Made by a program: the position numbers and the translations under genes. A stretch of DNA of 64,000 nt from Negaprion brevirostris. Lineage: Eukaryota. This document shows, piece after piece, positions 36,933-49,418 of this stretch. The stretch spans positions 34,646,232 through 34,710,231 of the forward strand of contig JARDVH010000140.1 in assembly GCA_030324005.1 (NCBI GenBank), written 5' to 3'. The notes below the pieces were generated by a model. It was not told the DNA's origin. It ran no database searches and worked only from the letters and a program-made list of their open reading frames with translations. Numbering within the stretch: the first letter of the stretch is position 1; each line of letters begins with the position of its first letter.

Positions 36933-37371
36933 AGAGCCTGTGACAACTGATGAAGCAGAAGATTATTTTGAAAAAATTACCAAATCTATGGACTTGCAGA
37001 CCATGCAAAGCAAATGTTTGTGCGGTACCTACAAAACAGTCGAAGAATTTCTTGAGGATATTAAACTGGTGTTTAATAACGCAGAACTGTATAATCAGGA
37101 AGGTAGCCAGGTCCTTACCTGTGTGGAAAAAACAGAACGTTGTTTCATTGACATGATGCAAAAACATCTTCCCAATTACAGCTACAAACGAGGCAAACCA
37201 CGAAAGAGTATCCAGAAACGGAAAAGACTGGTACAGGTAGAGCTAGAAGAGGAAGATGAAGAGGTGGTGGAAGATGAAGAAGAGGAGGAAGAAGACGACG
37301 GCGACGAGTATGATGATAGTGAGGCAGAATCAAGTGAACATTCCATCCCACCGCGCAAACGCCGGAAGTGA
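36933..37371 (+). CDS. BAZ1B: BAZ1B last coding exon (bromodomain, acidic tail, terminal basic NLS-like motif)
   Basis: ccccttttccag|A GAG CCT; (R)EPVTTDEAEDYFEKITKSMDLQTMQSK...FLEDIKLVFNNAELYN (conserved YN acetyl-lysine pocket)...PPRKRRK TGA. Confidence 0.96.
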
Positions 37372-38188
37372 ATTGGGAATAGCTGAGCTTTCTGAATAAT
37401 GGATGTAGTAATTATTTTGAAAACTGCAGACATGTTTGTACTTTAAATGTTTACGCTGACTGATTTAAAATACTGGATCAAATACAAAACTTCAACCTTA
37501 CCTGAACATTTTCATAGGAATATAAAGAGGTTGAAATCAAAAGCTCTTACAGATTTTTTTAAAAAATCTCGTTGGATTGAGAGAACCGGTGGGACAAAAG
37601 GCTGAAAGTTCCTATTTTAGAAATGGTTGTGAAATTAAGACCACAGACTAGGAGCTCTGTAGTACTGATTTGATCACCACAGTGTAGAACTTTCTCAAAC
37701 GTTTCTGTCCCTTGGTATCTGCTTTCTGCACAGACTCTTTCTTATTTGTTCATCTTTGCTGTAGAGGTGATCAATACAGGGAATTAGACAAGCCCCTAGC
37801 TGGTCAGCCCTTGGCCCATTCTAACGATGCTGATCTGCTGGAGAGAGTGTACAATGAATGGAAATTCCAGCTGATTCGCAGGCCAGGGCATTTCACAGAC
37901 AGTGCCAGATGACACATTGCATCACCAGCATCTGTTTTATCCAGCTGTGTTTTTGGTTTGACCATATGATTGAATATGTGCAAAATTATTTCACACAATA
38001 TTGTAAATGTACAGTTCTTTGTTATAATGAGATCCTTCCAAGGGAGAACCCCTGCCCTCAAATGTTTGGCATCTGAAGCAATCAGTTGAGTTTTTCATTG
38101 GAGCCACCAGCCATCTTGTAATTTTTGTCGCCTGATTGATTGACAGTGATCTAGAAGCAGCTAATTGCCTGACGAACATGTCAGATCT

Positions 38189-38341
38189 GGTGGGGGAAAT
38201 TTTGTTCCGAGTCAACTGACTTCAAAACTGAAGTATGATCTGTTCCACCTGCAGTGTGCATGGGTGGGGGAAATTTCGTTCCGAGTCAACTGACTTCAAA
38301 ACTGAAGTATGATCTGTTCCACCTGCAGTGTGCATGGGTGG
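38189..38341 (+). repeat. 74-bp tandem duplication (2 copies plus GGTGG)
   Basis: GGTGGGGGAAATTT(T/C)GTTCCGAGTCAACTGACTTCAAAACTGAAGTATGATCTGTTCCACCTGCAGTGTGCATG repeated at 38189 and 38263, one mismatch. Confidence 0.95.
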
Positions 38342-38986
38342 TTGGTTTGTGTCTTTAGACCATCTGTCCTGGACCACCTGAGGGTCCAACCAAATGAATG
38401 CTCAATCCATTGTGTCTCTAGTCACTGATGAGAAAAGATTATACTTTGCTTCCATGCACTCTGATGCAGGGTAACAGCACCCAGACTTAATGAAGATGTT
38501 CTACCATGTCTCTCACCTGTTGGCTGCCAACAGTTCTGCATTTGACATGCAAGGTTCTCATTTGGTCTGCCCATTCCTGTTGACCAAATAGTTCTCGTGA
38601 GACACCATTAGATTTTTAAACTGAAGAATTGTAAAATACTCCTTTTTGTGCGGAGATTTGTACAGTGCGTACGGATGTGTAGATCTAACCAGATTAAGAT
38701 TCTTGTGCTTCAAGTTGTCAAAGAAATTGTGTGGCACAACTTGAATTTGTTTCCATCTGCCTCTTTGTTACTGTAGTTTGTATAAATAACTCTTTATTAT
38801 TTGAGTATTTGTGAGCAACAAGTCCTTCAAAGTCCTTTTCACATCTGCAGTTTTTTCTTGGAAGGGAGGGGGAAGGAAAGCACTGATCTAAAATTTTCTT
38901 TCTTTTTATGTGGGTTTCCCCCTCTTTCCACTTGGCGTTTTCTCACCCTTCCCAGTCACTCTCAGTTGTGTAGGTAAGTGATGTAG

Positions 38987-39092
38987 AATAAAGCAGTGGA
39001 ATTTTGACATTGTATATTTTCCCAAGTGTCTGTGGTAGTTGTTTGGCGAGGGCTATGCTTGTATTAAAAACATTTTTGGACTTTTAAATAAA
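38987..39092 (+). terminator. Candidate polyadenylation signals
   Basis: AATAAA at 38987 and 39087, ATTAAA at 39063, each followed by GT/T-rich sequence. Confidence 0.6.
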
Positions 39093-39979
39093 AACAATTA
39101 TGTTTAAAACTTTGCATAAAAATGGCTTATCTGTCAATGTTGTCAAGTAGTCATTTTGGTTCTTGGACATTTGTTTAAAGAGTGATTGGCTGAAGACAAA
39201 CTGTTTTCATTGGCTGGTAAGGTTTGAATATTGTCTTTTTAGATTGACTTTGCTTCTTGAGTTTATCAGTATATCTCTGATCTTTGAATGCAAGTCTGGG
39301 TGATCTTTCCAGGCTTGCTTCCTCACTCCCTGTGCTCATCCTTCAAGAACTCACCCTGTATCTTATTCTCATGCTTACTCTCTCCTCTCTGGTATGTCTG
39401 TTTTCCTCCCTTCCCCTTGCTCTCTTCTGGCATGTGCTTTCATTTATAGTTTCTCTGCTGCTCATCTTCTCGGGATGTAGTATGTTTCTGTCATGATGTG
39501 CATTTGCCCTTCTATTAATTGTGTATGTATGCGAGTGTCGCTCTGTTGGAGGACAGTGCATTTTATGATTTTCTTTTATTGTTCGTACATAGTTACCTCT
39601 CTGTTTGCAATCAGACCCCCATGTATGTTCTGTCTATAATATGGGAATGCTGCAAAAACGGCCAGCTGCCCTCTGTCCTCTTTCTTCTCTTCACCCTTGT
39701 TGAATATGGCACCTGTGACTTCTGTAATTGAGTTCTGCAGTTCAACAGTGAGCACACTTCAGAAGTGCTTCATTGGTGTATTTGGTGCTTATAGTACCTT
39801 CAAAACCTTTTTTTAAGAGTAGAATGCAGATTTATGCTCGATTCTTTCCAGGTAATTGAAGCCATGCTTATCTATGAGGGAAATCCAGACGAGGGTATCT
39901 GCAACTCTGGACTTTGATTACCCTTGTTGTTATGACCCTGCACCATTACCTCTTATTTGATCTCTCCTATCTTCTACAC

Positions 39980-40180
39980 TGTCATGGATTTTCCCTTTTT
40001 ATTCTTTTCCCACCCTCTCTTTGACACTTGCTTAAAACCTACTAAACATCTTGACTTCTCCCAGTTCTGATGACAGGCCATCAATATGAAATGTTAACAT
40101 TCCCCTCTGCTCTCTGATCTGAGTATTTGCAGCACGTTCTGATTTTCAGCATCTGTAATATTTTGCTTTGGTATTTTGTT
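39980..40180 (+). mobile_element. Penelope-like element terminal (pLTR) remnant with degenerate hammerhead motif
   Basis: CCAGTTCTGATGACAGGCCATCAATATGAAATGTTAAC followed by CTGAGTATTTGCAGCA..CAGCATCTGTAATATTTTGCTTT, related to the arm of the 21681 palindrome. Confidence 0.55.
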
Positions 40181-41329
40181 GAGCTTGGTTCACAGCTTTG
40201 GTCCAGAGGGTAGTGGTTTAGCCTCAATATTTTCATTTAAGACATTGGTAACCCACAAGCCTTAAGCAGATTGTTGTCATAAATTCTGAAAACAAAATAT
40301 TACATTTATTGCATAATGTATCTTAATCTATCAGCTCTGAACTAATTACATCAATTTTTTTCTTGAGTTAAGTAATGCAAGAACTCAAATCATAACGTGT
40401 CTCCCCCCCACCCCACCCAACAAACCACCAGTCAAGAAATTTCTAGACTTGCAATTTCCTTTTGAATGTGTCAATTGTCACACTCTGAAAGAGTTTGCCT
40501 GCCTTGTGTAATTTTATTTGCTTAGTTATCAGCTAAGAAAATATGTACCTCTTCCTGGAGATGAAATATACAGGTAAGCATTCTACCTCAAGATAACTGC
40601 TTAACCTCTACCCATATGGATTGAATTTTGCTCTGTAGCCACTTTGACTCGGCAAAACACCTAGAGTTTGTTCCACTGTATTTTGTTTTATTCAATCATG
40701 GGACATGGGTGTCGCTGGCTGGCCCACATTTATTGCCCATCCTGGTTGCCCTTGAGAGGGCAATTGTGAGTCAATATCAGTGTGGTGATATCGTAATGGA
40801 ACTGTCTGCTAATTACTGGAGCTGCTCCCACCCTTCCTCTGCCACTTGGGACAATGTAAATGCTGCCCATCAAGTTACATAGCAAAAATCAGTTTTACTA
40901 TGCATTTATTACTTGCGTGGCATTTTTTATATTAAATCAATCCATTGTTTAAAAATGTCATTTGACACCTTTTCAGATCATTGACTTTTTTTCTAAATAT
41001 TTCCGTTATGATTCAGTGACACGTGGCGTGATGAACTACACAACCATGGTGTACAATTGCTTTTGCTTAACAATTTTTTGTACCACAATGTAAGGTGAGA
41101 CTACAAGCTTTTCATCAAAAATGTTGTGGATTTCATCACTCCCTTGTACTGATCAGTTCCTTAGCCTGTTAATTAAAAAATGAATGTTCCCTATATATTT
41201 GATACTTGGTAATAAAATACCTTTGGAACGTTCAAAAGATTCATTAGATAGTACTTGCACAGAAATTGCACACTGTAGTTGGTGTATCATGGCTTCCCAT
41301 ACAAAGAAAATCAAAAATCCTCACGGTCT

Positions 41330-41603
41330 GAGGATTCAAGGTAGACTGTTTAGACGGAGGCGAGGGGATATTTCTTCACCCAAAGAGTGGTGAGCCTGTG
41401 GAATTCATTACCACAGGAAACAGTTGATGCCAAAATACTGAATGTATCCAAGAGGCGGCTGGATATAGCACTTGGGGCACATGGGATCAAAGTTTATGGG
41501 GGAGAAAAGCAGGATAAGGCTATTAGATGATCAGCCATGATCGTAATGAATGGTGGAGCAGGCTCAAAGGGCCAAATGGTCTGCTCCTTTCTATGTTTCT
41601 ATG
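41330..41603 (+). mobile_element. CR1 LINE 3' end
   Basis: TTCTTCACCCAAAGAGTGGTGAGCCTGTGGAATTCATTACCACAG...GATCAGCCATGATCGTAATGAATGGTGGAGCAGGCTC...TTCTATGTTTCTATG. Confidence 0.85.
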
Positions 41604-42779
41604 TAAACTTCAAGAAGCTATTTTTTCCCTCAATTTTGTAGGGTTAATGGTGACTACATTTTTTAACCACACCTTCATGTCCTCCATATTCTTCAGCTGT
41701 TTTGCTTGAACTTGAAGTAAGTTCTGTATCATCATTGTCAGTTGGATGCTAATGGTTGCATTAAAAAAAACATTTGTAGCAAGTATCTGTCATTGATGTT
41801 GTTCCTGCTGTAATAACTGAGCATAGGACTAAAGCAAGAACAAAATTGTCCATTTGCTGTCCAAGCACTGTTCCAGATCATTAAGCATTTGCTCCACAGA
41901 AAATGAACCAGGAACAACAAACACTCAAATCGATTGTCTGAATTACAGATGGTATCATGAGTATTGTGCTAGGCCAAGTCTACCTTTTATTCTTTATTGA
42001 ATACTTTCTGTAAAGTTCTTGTGTTCCAACCCACAAATGACTTTTATCTCCCAGAAAAGATGCTCCATCTTAATTCCTTTAAGTAGTGGACATCTGACTG
42101 TGGATATGGCAATAAGAACAGCTTTTAACCCTTGCAGTTTTGTGACTAAAGTAGTCACAAATTATCTTGGGGTTGATGTGTGTCTTTGCCTGATGCTTTG
42201 GACATGGATCAAAGTTGGGAGGAGTCCCATCCAGCTTCTGCTTTTTAACTAACGGAGCTTTTTAACGAGCCTAGAATATGAGTGGATAACTAAAAGAAGC
42301 TCTCGACAATTCTTTTTACTAAAGCAAGCATATCCTGCTTCACAAATTAGAAATCTCACATTTCTGGGATAATTTGTATCAGGAGGCAAGATGGGCATTT
42401 GGTTTTGAATGACTACATCATGATTAAAAGATTCATCATCTTTAATTTGGACACAGGAATTTCGAAGGCAAACCAAGCAGTGAAATTTCTGACTTCGCAA
42501 TGTCAAAGGTTAACAGATGGGATATGCTAATACATGATGTAATTGATGACGTACCACTGACATCAGTCAGTCATGCATTAATCTTGAGAGAGAGCTTGAA
42601 ATTGTACCTAGAAGCAGCATGCCTACTTTAACCTGTTTCAAGATATTACTGTTGTATAAGCAGCTGGAAGCATATCTACATCTGTCTAAGATGTAAGTCC
42701 CACACCAAGAGCCTAAAATGGAAAGCCACAATCTCAGAACCTTTGCAGTTGAAAGGTAACATCTCCCTCGTTCCAAAGC

Positions 42780-43100
42780 TGCCAGCTGGTTTTTATCCCT
42801 GAGATGTAGCTACTCTGGTCAGACCAGCTTTCATTGCTCATTCATATTCACCTTTTTTGTAACAAAAATATACTTTATTTGTAAAATATCTGAAACAGAG
42901 TCCTGTGTCACAGAGCTGCTTGAGATGAACCTCAACAAAAACGCCTCTTCTCTCTCCATCTTTGCAAAGGCACATCCCACGAGGAGATAGACAACAGTCT
43001 CTTTCCCTATTACAACCAGTTGGATAGCAACGTGCATATGGTGTGAGACTCTGGGCGTGTAGGAAGGATCTGACCGGCTGAGCCTTTTTCACCATCAGCC
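42780..43100 (-). mobile_element. Tx1/L1-type LINE C-terminal fragment
   Basis: Minus ORF ..GKETVVYLLVGCAFAKMERE..FLLRFISSSSVTQDSV.. homologous to 58560-58690. Confidence 0.65.
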
Positions 43101-43169
43101 AAGCTAGATCTTAGTACTTGTTAGCCTTCAAAAGGAATTGATGAGCTGCCGCCTTGATTGGAACAGTGT

Positions 43170-43472
43170 GCCTTGCTCGGCATTTCAGGGGCATTCAAGG
43201 GTCAACACTTTACTGTGGATCTGGAATAATATATAAGCCAATATGGGTAGAGCAGCTTCCTTTACCTGAAGGACATTAGTGAAGCAGATGGATTCTTGTG
43301 ACAATACGTTCATGGTACAGGTGATGATTAGTGAATAATAGTTATTTTTTTAAAAGCTTTAAAAAAAATTAAATTCCTAAACTCCACTGGTGGGATTTGA
43401 ACTCATTTCTGCAGCTCTTTTACCCAGGCCACTGAATTGCTAGTCTCGTAACATGACTATACCTTGCTATAC
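43170..43472 (-). mobile_element. tRNA-derived SINE sharing its head with the LINE at 8313
   Basis: GAAGGACATTAGTGAAGCAGATGG and GGTGGGATTTGAACTC (reverse B box) match the 8313-8600 region and 57350-57590. Confidence 0.6.
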
Positions 43473-44977
43473 CTTGGGAATAATCTGTGTTTGAAGAGCA
43501 CCATCCAGTTGTACTCACCCGGACCCTGTGTGACCCCATATCTGCCCTGTACCAAACACATTGGAACATCAAAACTAATTCCACTTCGACACTTTGCAAT
43601 CTGTTTGGGCCCAGTGCCATCTTTGATAGTTTTTCCAATGATGCAATCAGTAGGTTTCCATAGCAACAAAATGTGTTTATCTGGGATGGGGACCCTGGCT
43701 GACATTTCTTCTTTTCTCTGGATAAGTCTTGCTATGATTTCTCTTTTTGCTTTTGGCTGGAAGTTTTGGTCTGTATTCTGGGTAATGTGGCACTCGATTT
43801 GGACACCTGCAGGGTTTATTTAAACTGCTGAACAAGTCTGATTCCGAACAAGAACAATACTTCAGGGAATGGAACACAAATAAACAAGTGCCTAAGTTTA
43901 TTAGCAGTACAAATCTTCTGCTAGTGTGAACTATGAAACAGTAGTCTGGACTCTGTTCAAAGGCTGTCGATGTGACATGACCTTATTCTAACTGTCATAT
44001 TAACCAAGACAAATCAGATGCTATCGTTCTGAAAATCCTGTTTTACGAGCTTATCCTGGCCCCAGATATGAAGTGAGGCCTTCACACACCTGTGACTGAG
44101 TGAGTTATCTGTTAATTGCAGATTACGCGCAGCCTCCTCAATAACACAGGGAAATAATGGATTTGGGGGAAGGGCTGGCTTGGGGCCACGAATTTTATAT
44201 ACAATACGTCAGGATTTACATTTTTAATCCGTTAATTGAAACAATCAACCAGAATGGATGGAAATCTAAAGCGAAGAGTTCACCCAAAGGAAGAAAGTCA
44301 GGTCCCAAAAGAGAAAAAGTAGACCCTGAATTTCANNNNNNNNNNNNNNNNNNNNNNNNNNNNNNNNNNNNNNNNNNNNNNNNNNNNNNNNNNNNNNNNN
44401 NNNNNNNNNNNNNNNNNNNNNNNNNNNNNNNNNNNAAAGAGATGACAAGGAGAGGGCTCTGCTTAATTGGTTGAAGTTAGCCTGCAGCGACTCAGGTACC
44501 TATTACTGAACTTCTCATTGACGGGTAGCAGTTTTAGTGCCCTGTGGAATGAGCTAAAGTTTTACACCACGCTGGGTAAATTCACCAATCCACTACTCTT
44601 AACTGAGGACTGCTCTCACAGTGGGGGTGAGTTGCCTTGTCTCTGACCTGTGCTGCTGGGATCACAGAATGAGGAAAGAAATCTTTTCTCTAATCTAACA
44701 GGCTGTCCAGTTGGTTTCTTTTAAACCTCTGAATAATTTTGTGTCTGGGAGCCCATCTCTTGATATCAAATAGTAACTGACTAGTACACAGAATGCAGCC
44801 TTCTTTGTTGCTGAGTTTAGTGGAGGCACAGCTGCCAGTGTAACTCAGCTGTACATCGGACAGCTGTGAATTGCTGCTCTAAGACACATATCTATAGGTT
44901 AATGCCATCCTCAAACAAAGACAAATCACATCAACAATGGACTTGGAGTCCTGAGCACCAAAAGCCATTACACACGT

Positions 44978-46015
44978 GTTAGCTATGTCTCAGTGTTGGT
45001 GCTGTTGTCTCTAAGTTCTGACTTTGTAGGTGCAAACCCCACTTCAGAACTCAATCTAAACTGACACTCCAGTGTACTACCACAGTGTAGTACAAAGGGA
45101 GTGCCGCATGGTAGGAGCTTTTGTCCTTTGGATGAGATGTTAAATGAGTGCTCCCCTGCTCCATCAGCCAGATGTAAAAGATTCCACAGAATTATCTCAG
45201 AGTAGTAAGGGAGTCAGCCTCAGTATCCTGCTCAAAGTTTATCCCTTATGCATTAGGAGCAGGAGGAGGCCCCTCAAGCCTCTGCCATTCAGTAAAATCA
45301 TGGCTAATCTGATTGTAATCTCAATCTCACATTCCTACCTACCCCCAACAACCTTTCAGCCCCTTGTTGCTCAAGAATTTATCTTACTCTGCCTTAAAAA
45401 TATTTAAAGATTTTGCTTCCACTGCCTTTTAAGGAAGCGAGTTCCAGAGACATTCAACTCCTTTCCATTTTAAACAAACAAACTGTCATTTTTAAACAGT
45501 GACCCCTAGTTTTAGATCCACTCCATAACCACCCTATCAAGACCTTTCAGGATCTTAAAAGTTATGATCAAGTTGCCTCTTACTCTTCTATACTCCAGTG
45601 GACACAAACCTAACCTCTCCAACCTTTCCTTATATGACAACCTGCCCATTCTCTAAACTGCTCCTGACATATTTGCAAATTTCCTGAAATAAGATGACCA
45701 GTACTGTATACCATGCCCCAGATGTGGTCTCACTAGTGCCTTGTACACCTAAAGCATAATCTTCCTACTTTTGTAATAAATTCCCCTTGCAATAAATGAA
45801 AACATTTGATTAGCTTTCCTAATTACTTGCTGTACCTGCATGCTAGCTTTTAGTGATTCACGCACAAGTGCATCCTTCACTAAAACGGATCCTCTGGTCA
45901 TTATCATATAGGTGTGTATGGGATTTTGCTATGCAGCTGCTCTCTTTCCAACGTTACTAGAGTGAATACAAATCCTGGGGTCATGAATGTCACAATGGAA
46001 ATACAAGTCCATTCT
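44978..46015 (+). mobile_element. SacSINE-like SINE interrupted by a minus-strand CR1 fragment (~45250-45870)
   Basis: Head and Deu-like core 44978-45245; TAGGAGCAGGAGGAGGCC..GCCATTCAGTAAAATCATGGCTAATCTG inverted CR1 end; SINE resumes at CTGGTCATTATCATA ~45895. Confidence 0.65.
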
Positions 46016-48007
46016 TTCATCTGAAGTACTCTATATTGAAAAGCAAGCAAACGGTAATGAAATTGTACTTGCTATGAATCAGATCACACCATGTGTAATT
46101 CAGATCATCCCATTCTAGGTCAGAAATGAGATCTATGGAAAATATGCAAAATAAATTCATTATTGAGGGCAAGAGACAATCTAAAATTATAATGAAACTG
46201 GGCCTGTGTTCATTGGAACAGAGAGTTAAGGGGATCTACTCAAATAGCTGAAAGTTTTCAAAGGGTTTGAGAATGCAATTGGNNNNNNNNNNNNNNCAAA
46301 TAGCTGAATTAATAACAAAGAGGGCACATATTTTGATTAACACTCAAAGTTTAAAAAGAGAGTTTGGAAGGATTCCTTTCATGCAAATTGTTTGCAGGAT
46401 CTGAGCTAGTTTACAGTAATTGACTGTTGAAGTTAAGTCAATCATGACATTTAAAAGGGAATTAGATAAACAGGAGACAGTGGGGGGCTGGGGAGTGGGG
46501 ATGAACTGATGTAGGGCAGTGGGATTAGCATGACCTGTTGTGATGTTGCACACACACTAACTGGCCTCCTGCTGAACTGAAGTTTCAATGATTTTGTGCC
46601 AGCTTCAATTTGAAGGAGTTCAGAATGATGTAAACTTGCTGTAAAATTATTGTGCTTTCAGGAGCATTATCGATTTGCATGCAGGTATGTGGCAAAGGCT
46701 TTGTTCTGAGCACTGCCCTTTGTTCCAGTCGTTGGCAGCCGCCCAGTCACTCGCTTGTTCTGTAGAAAAAGTCCTGACTATACTGCCAGGACGGTTACTG
46801 TGTCAGTAACAGTATTCCTGCTACTGCAGGTCTTGCTTTGAGTTTTTCCTGGTTCTCAAATGTTTTGATGCAAAGTTCCTGAGCTGCTGTTTATAAGGAG
46901 TGCCTGTCATCTCGAGCATAGGCTGCTGTGGCCTAAGATACTTTGTCCAGTTCTGCTCAATGCTACCTGGACCATCCAGCCAAATAGCTGCAAGGTTTTG
47001 TCAAGGACCTCAGACAAACTAATTGGTTTTCATGATATCTGTTTTCATTGTTTACATTTCTAATCCTTGTTTTTCAAGTCCCTCCATGGCATCACCCATC
47101 CCTTCCTCTAACTGCGTCCAGCCCTACAACTCCCCAAAAATATATTTCCGGCCTATTGCACATCCCAGACTTCCTCCATTCCCACCAATGGGGGGCAGTG
47201 CTTTCAAGTCCTACATCTTGCGGTCCCCCCTCCTGAAACCTCTGCATCCTCAGTTCACACATACCCTTTAATACACACCTCAAAACCTACTTCTATACCC
47301 AAGCTTTTCACTCCCTTTATCTAACGTCTCCTTATGTAGCTCAGTATCAAATGTTGTCTGCCATCAGTCCAATGAAGGAGTTCTGTATTTGCTACATTTT
47401 AAAACTATTCCACTTGTCTTCCACCTGAAGAGTGCTCCAAACACTGGACAAGGATCTGCAGCCAACAAACACTTTTCATTAAACTGACCTGAAATGCAAA
47501 GACGTTTGAAGTCAATCCTCGACAGAAATCCTGCGGTATAATGAGAATGAAGGCAGGGCTATTTGTAAAATGGTTTCTACAAGCTATACTATAAGGAACT
47601 ATGCTGCCCTCTGTGTGAATTATGTCAAAGGCCTCGAGCCTAACACATCTACCTTGGGTAGTAATGCACAAACTATAGTTTGGTCTCTAGTCCACTTTTC
47701 AAAGCTGTAATGGATGCTCTTGCGGTTTCAGTTGTGAAGGGTTATGGTGCAACAAATTGAACCTGGGCCGTTCGTTAATCTAAACGCCGCTCTAGTGATG
47801 ATGCCTTCCTGTGCGCAATTAGTTTAAATCGTCTCAATTAATTTTCTCGATAATACAATCAGCCTCATCCAGCACAGAATTGGCAGGTTCAGCTGGAGGG
47901 ACCATGGCACAAATGAGATGTAAAAAGTGTCTCAGTCTTGTCATTGATTTTGATAAACGCATATCAACGTAGGGCAGAATAGCAGTAGTTTTACTTTAAA
48001 GTGATAG

Positions 48008-49418
48008 CACCTGGTCTCCAAACTTTTTCAGCACGAGGTCAGTTTTAGCATCAAAATGCAGCATGAGATCGACTCTTAAAATTCAACTTTACTAAAACTC
48101 TCCAAAACCTAATGATATATAACACTCACCTATTCTTAGTGTACAAGTACAGGTGTCACACTATCTAAGGGTGCTGCGAAGTCTGGTTCATAGTTTGAGA
48201 TGCCTCGTTTCTTACATCTACCAGATGGGTGAATGTAAGCCGAGTGTGAGACTTGGACTTAATGATTTTCACTTGGGCAAAAGCCATCTACAGATCTGGA
48301 ACCAAAGGAGGTCTTCTCCTTGACTACACGGAATATCAGAAGAGGGTACTTCTCTCTGTTTGTGTCCCCAAAGTCTTTGCTCCTTGGCCTAGCTTTCAGC
48401 TGTCGTTTTGCATGGTGAATATTTCCATGTGAAGTTCACTGCCTGATGAAATTTTGCTGTCAGTTTTTCCATATCTATTTGAAGAAAGGAATTTGAGACA
48501 AACATAATTATTTGTTCCAACTGTTTACATCATAAAACTGTCCCTTAATTCCTTTTCCGATTTGTTCAGGTGTTCACAGAATTTCTTTGAATGGTTTTTT
48601 AAAAAAGTTTTTAAAAAGTTTCATTATTAGTGTCACCAGTAGGCTTACATCAACATTGCAGTGAAGTTACTGTGAAAATCCGCTAGTCGCTACACTCTGG
48701 TGCCTGTTTGGGTGCACTAAGGGAATATTTAGCATCACCAATGCACCTAACCAGCATGTCTTTCAGACTGTGGGAGGAAATCCATGCAGACATGGGGAGA
48801 ACATGCCAACTCCACACAGGCAGTGACCTAAGGCAGGAATCGAACCAGGGTCACACTATTGTGAGGCATTAACGCTAACCACTGTGCTACCGTCCCATTC
48901 TGGAGCCCTTTCTGTTGTTGGATTTTCTCCAGATTTGGGAGGTGCTTAGTAATTTTGATCTTTAACTGAGAGAACCACAAGCCAGTTTCAACTAGACCAC
49001 ATTCACTGCACTGATCCTGTCTGACAAGTCTCTGTTCCTCCCCTGCAGTTCACAATTCAGTCTGTTCAATTTTACATTTATGTCTGTAAGAAATGCCAAG
49101 TCTAGTAACCACACATGACAGCTCACTGTCCACCTCAGTTTTTGACTGAAGAAAGATTACAGTTTCAGGAAGCAGATCTAAAAATCTCTCGTTGGTTTTT
49201 GCTGTCTTAAAGGTGCCTGGCTCCTCGCTTGTTGTTTTGTCTTCACCCAGCCTAGTCCACATTTTGGTGCCTGTGATTTGGCCGCCAGTGAGCTGATTCG
49301 CTCATCATTGTGAGGAGCCTGAGTTCCATTCATTTTCTGCAATGGTTTGGCAGCTAATTGACTTTTTGAGGCTCTGGGATTGACCTGTTGATCACGAGCG
49401 ACTATTTGGAGACTAGTG
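48008..49418 (-). mobile_element. Internally deleted hAT (Charlie/GTF2IRD2-like) DNA transposon remnant
   Basis: Termini CACCTGGTCTCCAAA / TTTGGAGACTAGTG; minus-strand ..ERFLDLLPETVIFLQSK..WLLDLAFLTDINVKLNRLNCELQG.. and ..AFAQVKIIKSKSHTRLT..SNYEPDF.. (hAT C-terminal dimerisation region). Confidence 0.8.
48600..48897 (-). mobile_element. HE1-like V-SINE (alternative tail) nested in the hAT element
   Basis: TTATTAGTGTCACCAGTAGGCTTACATCAACATTGCAGTGAAGTTACTG...GCTAACCACTGTGCTACCG. Confidence 0.8.

Larger units (their letters stand above)
37372..39115 (+). other. BAZ1B: Probable BAZ1B 3' UTR
   Basis: Repeat-poor, AT-rich stretch after the stop codon ending in clustered poly(A) signals; end position inferred. 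Confidence 0.55.

Noticed and set aside
38215-38245. SECIS-like TGA..AAAA..TGA hairpin in the 3' UTR duplication
   Set aside because: The stem is far too short for SECIS geometry, and there is no in-frame Sec codon context.
47790-47900. GTGATGA as a possible C box of a C/D snoRNA
   Set aside because: No suitably spaced CTGA D box or terminal stem, and it is not in an identified intron.
48008-49418. Link to GTF2IRD2, the Charlie8-containing gene in the human Williams-Beuren region
   Set aside because: This copy is frameshifted, SINE-interrupted and retains TIRs; it is an ordinary dead transposon and the proximity is likely coincidental.
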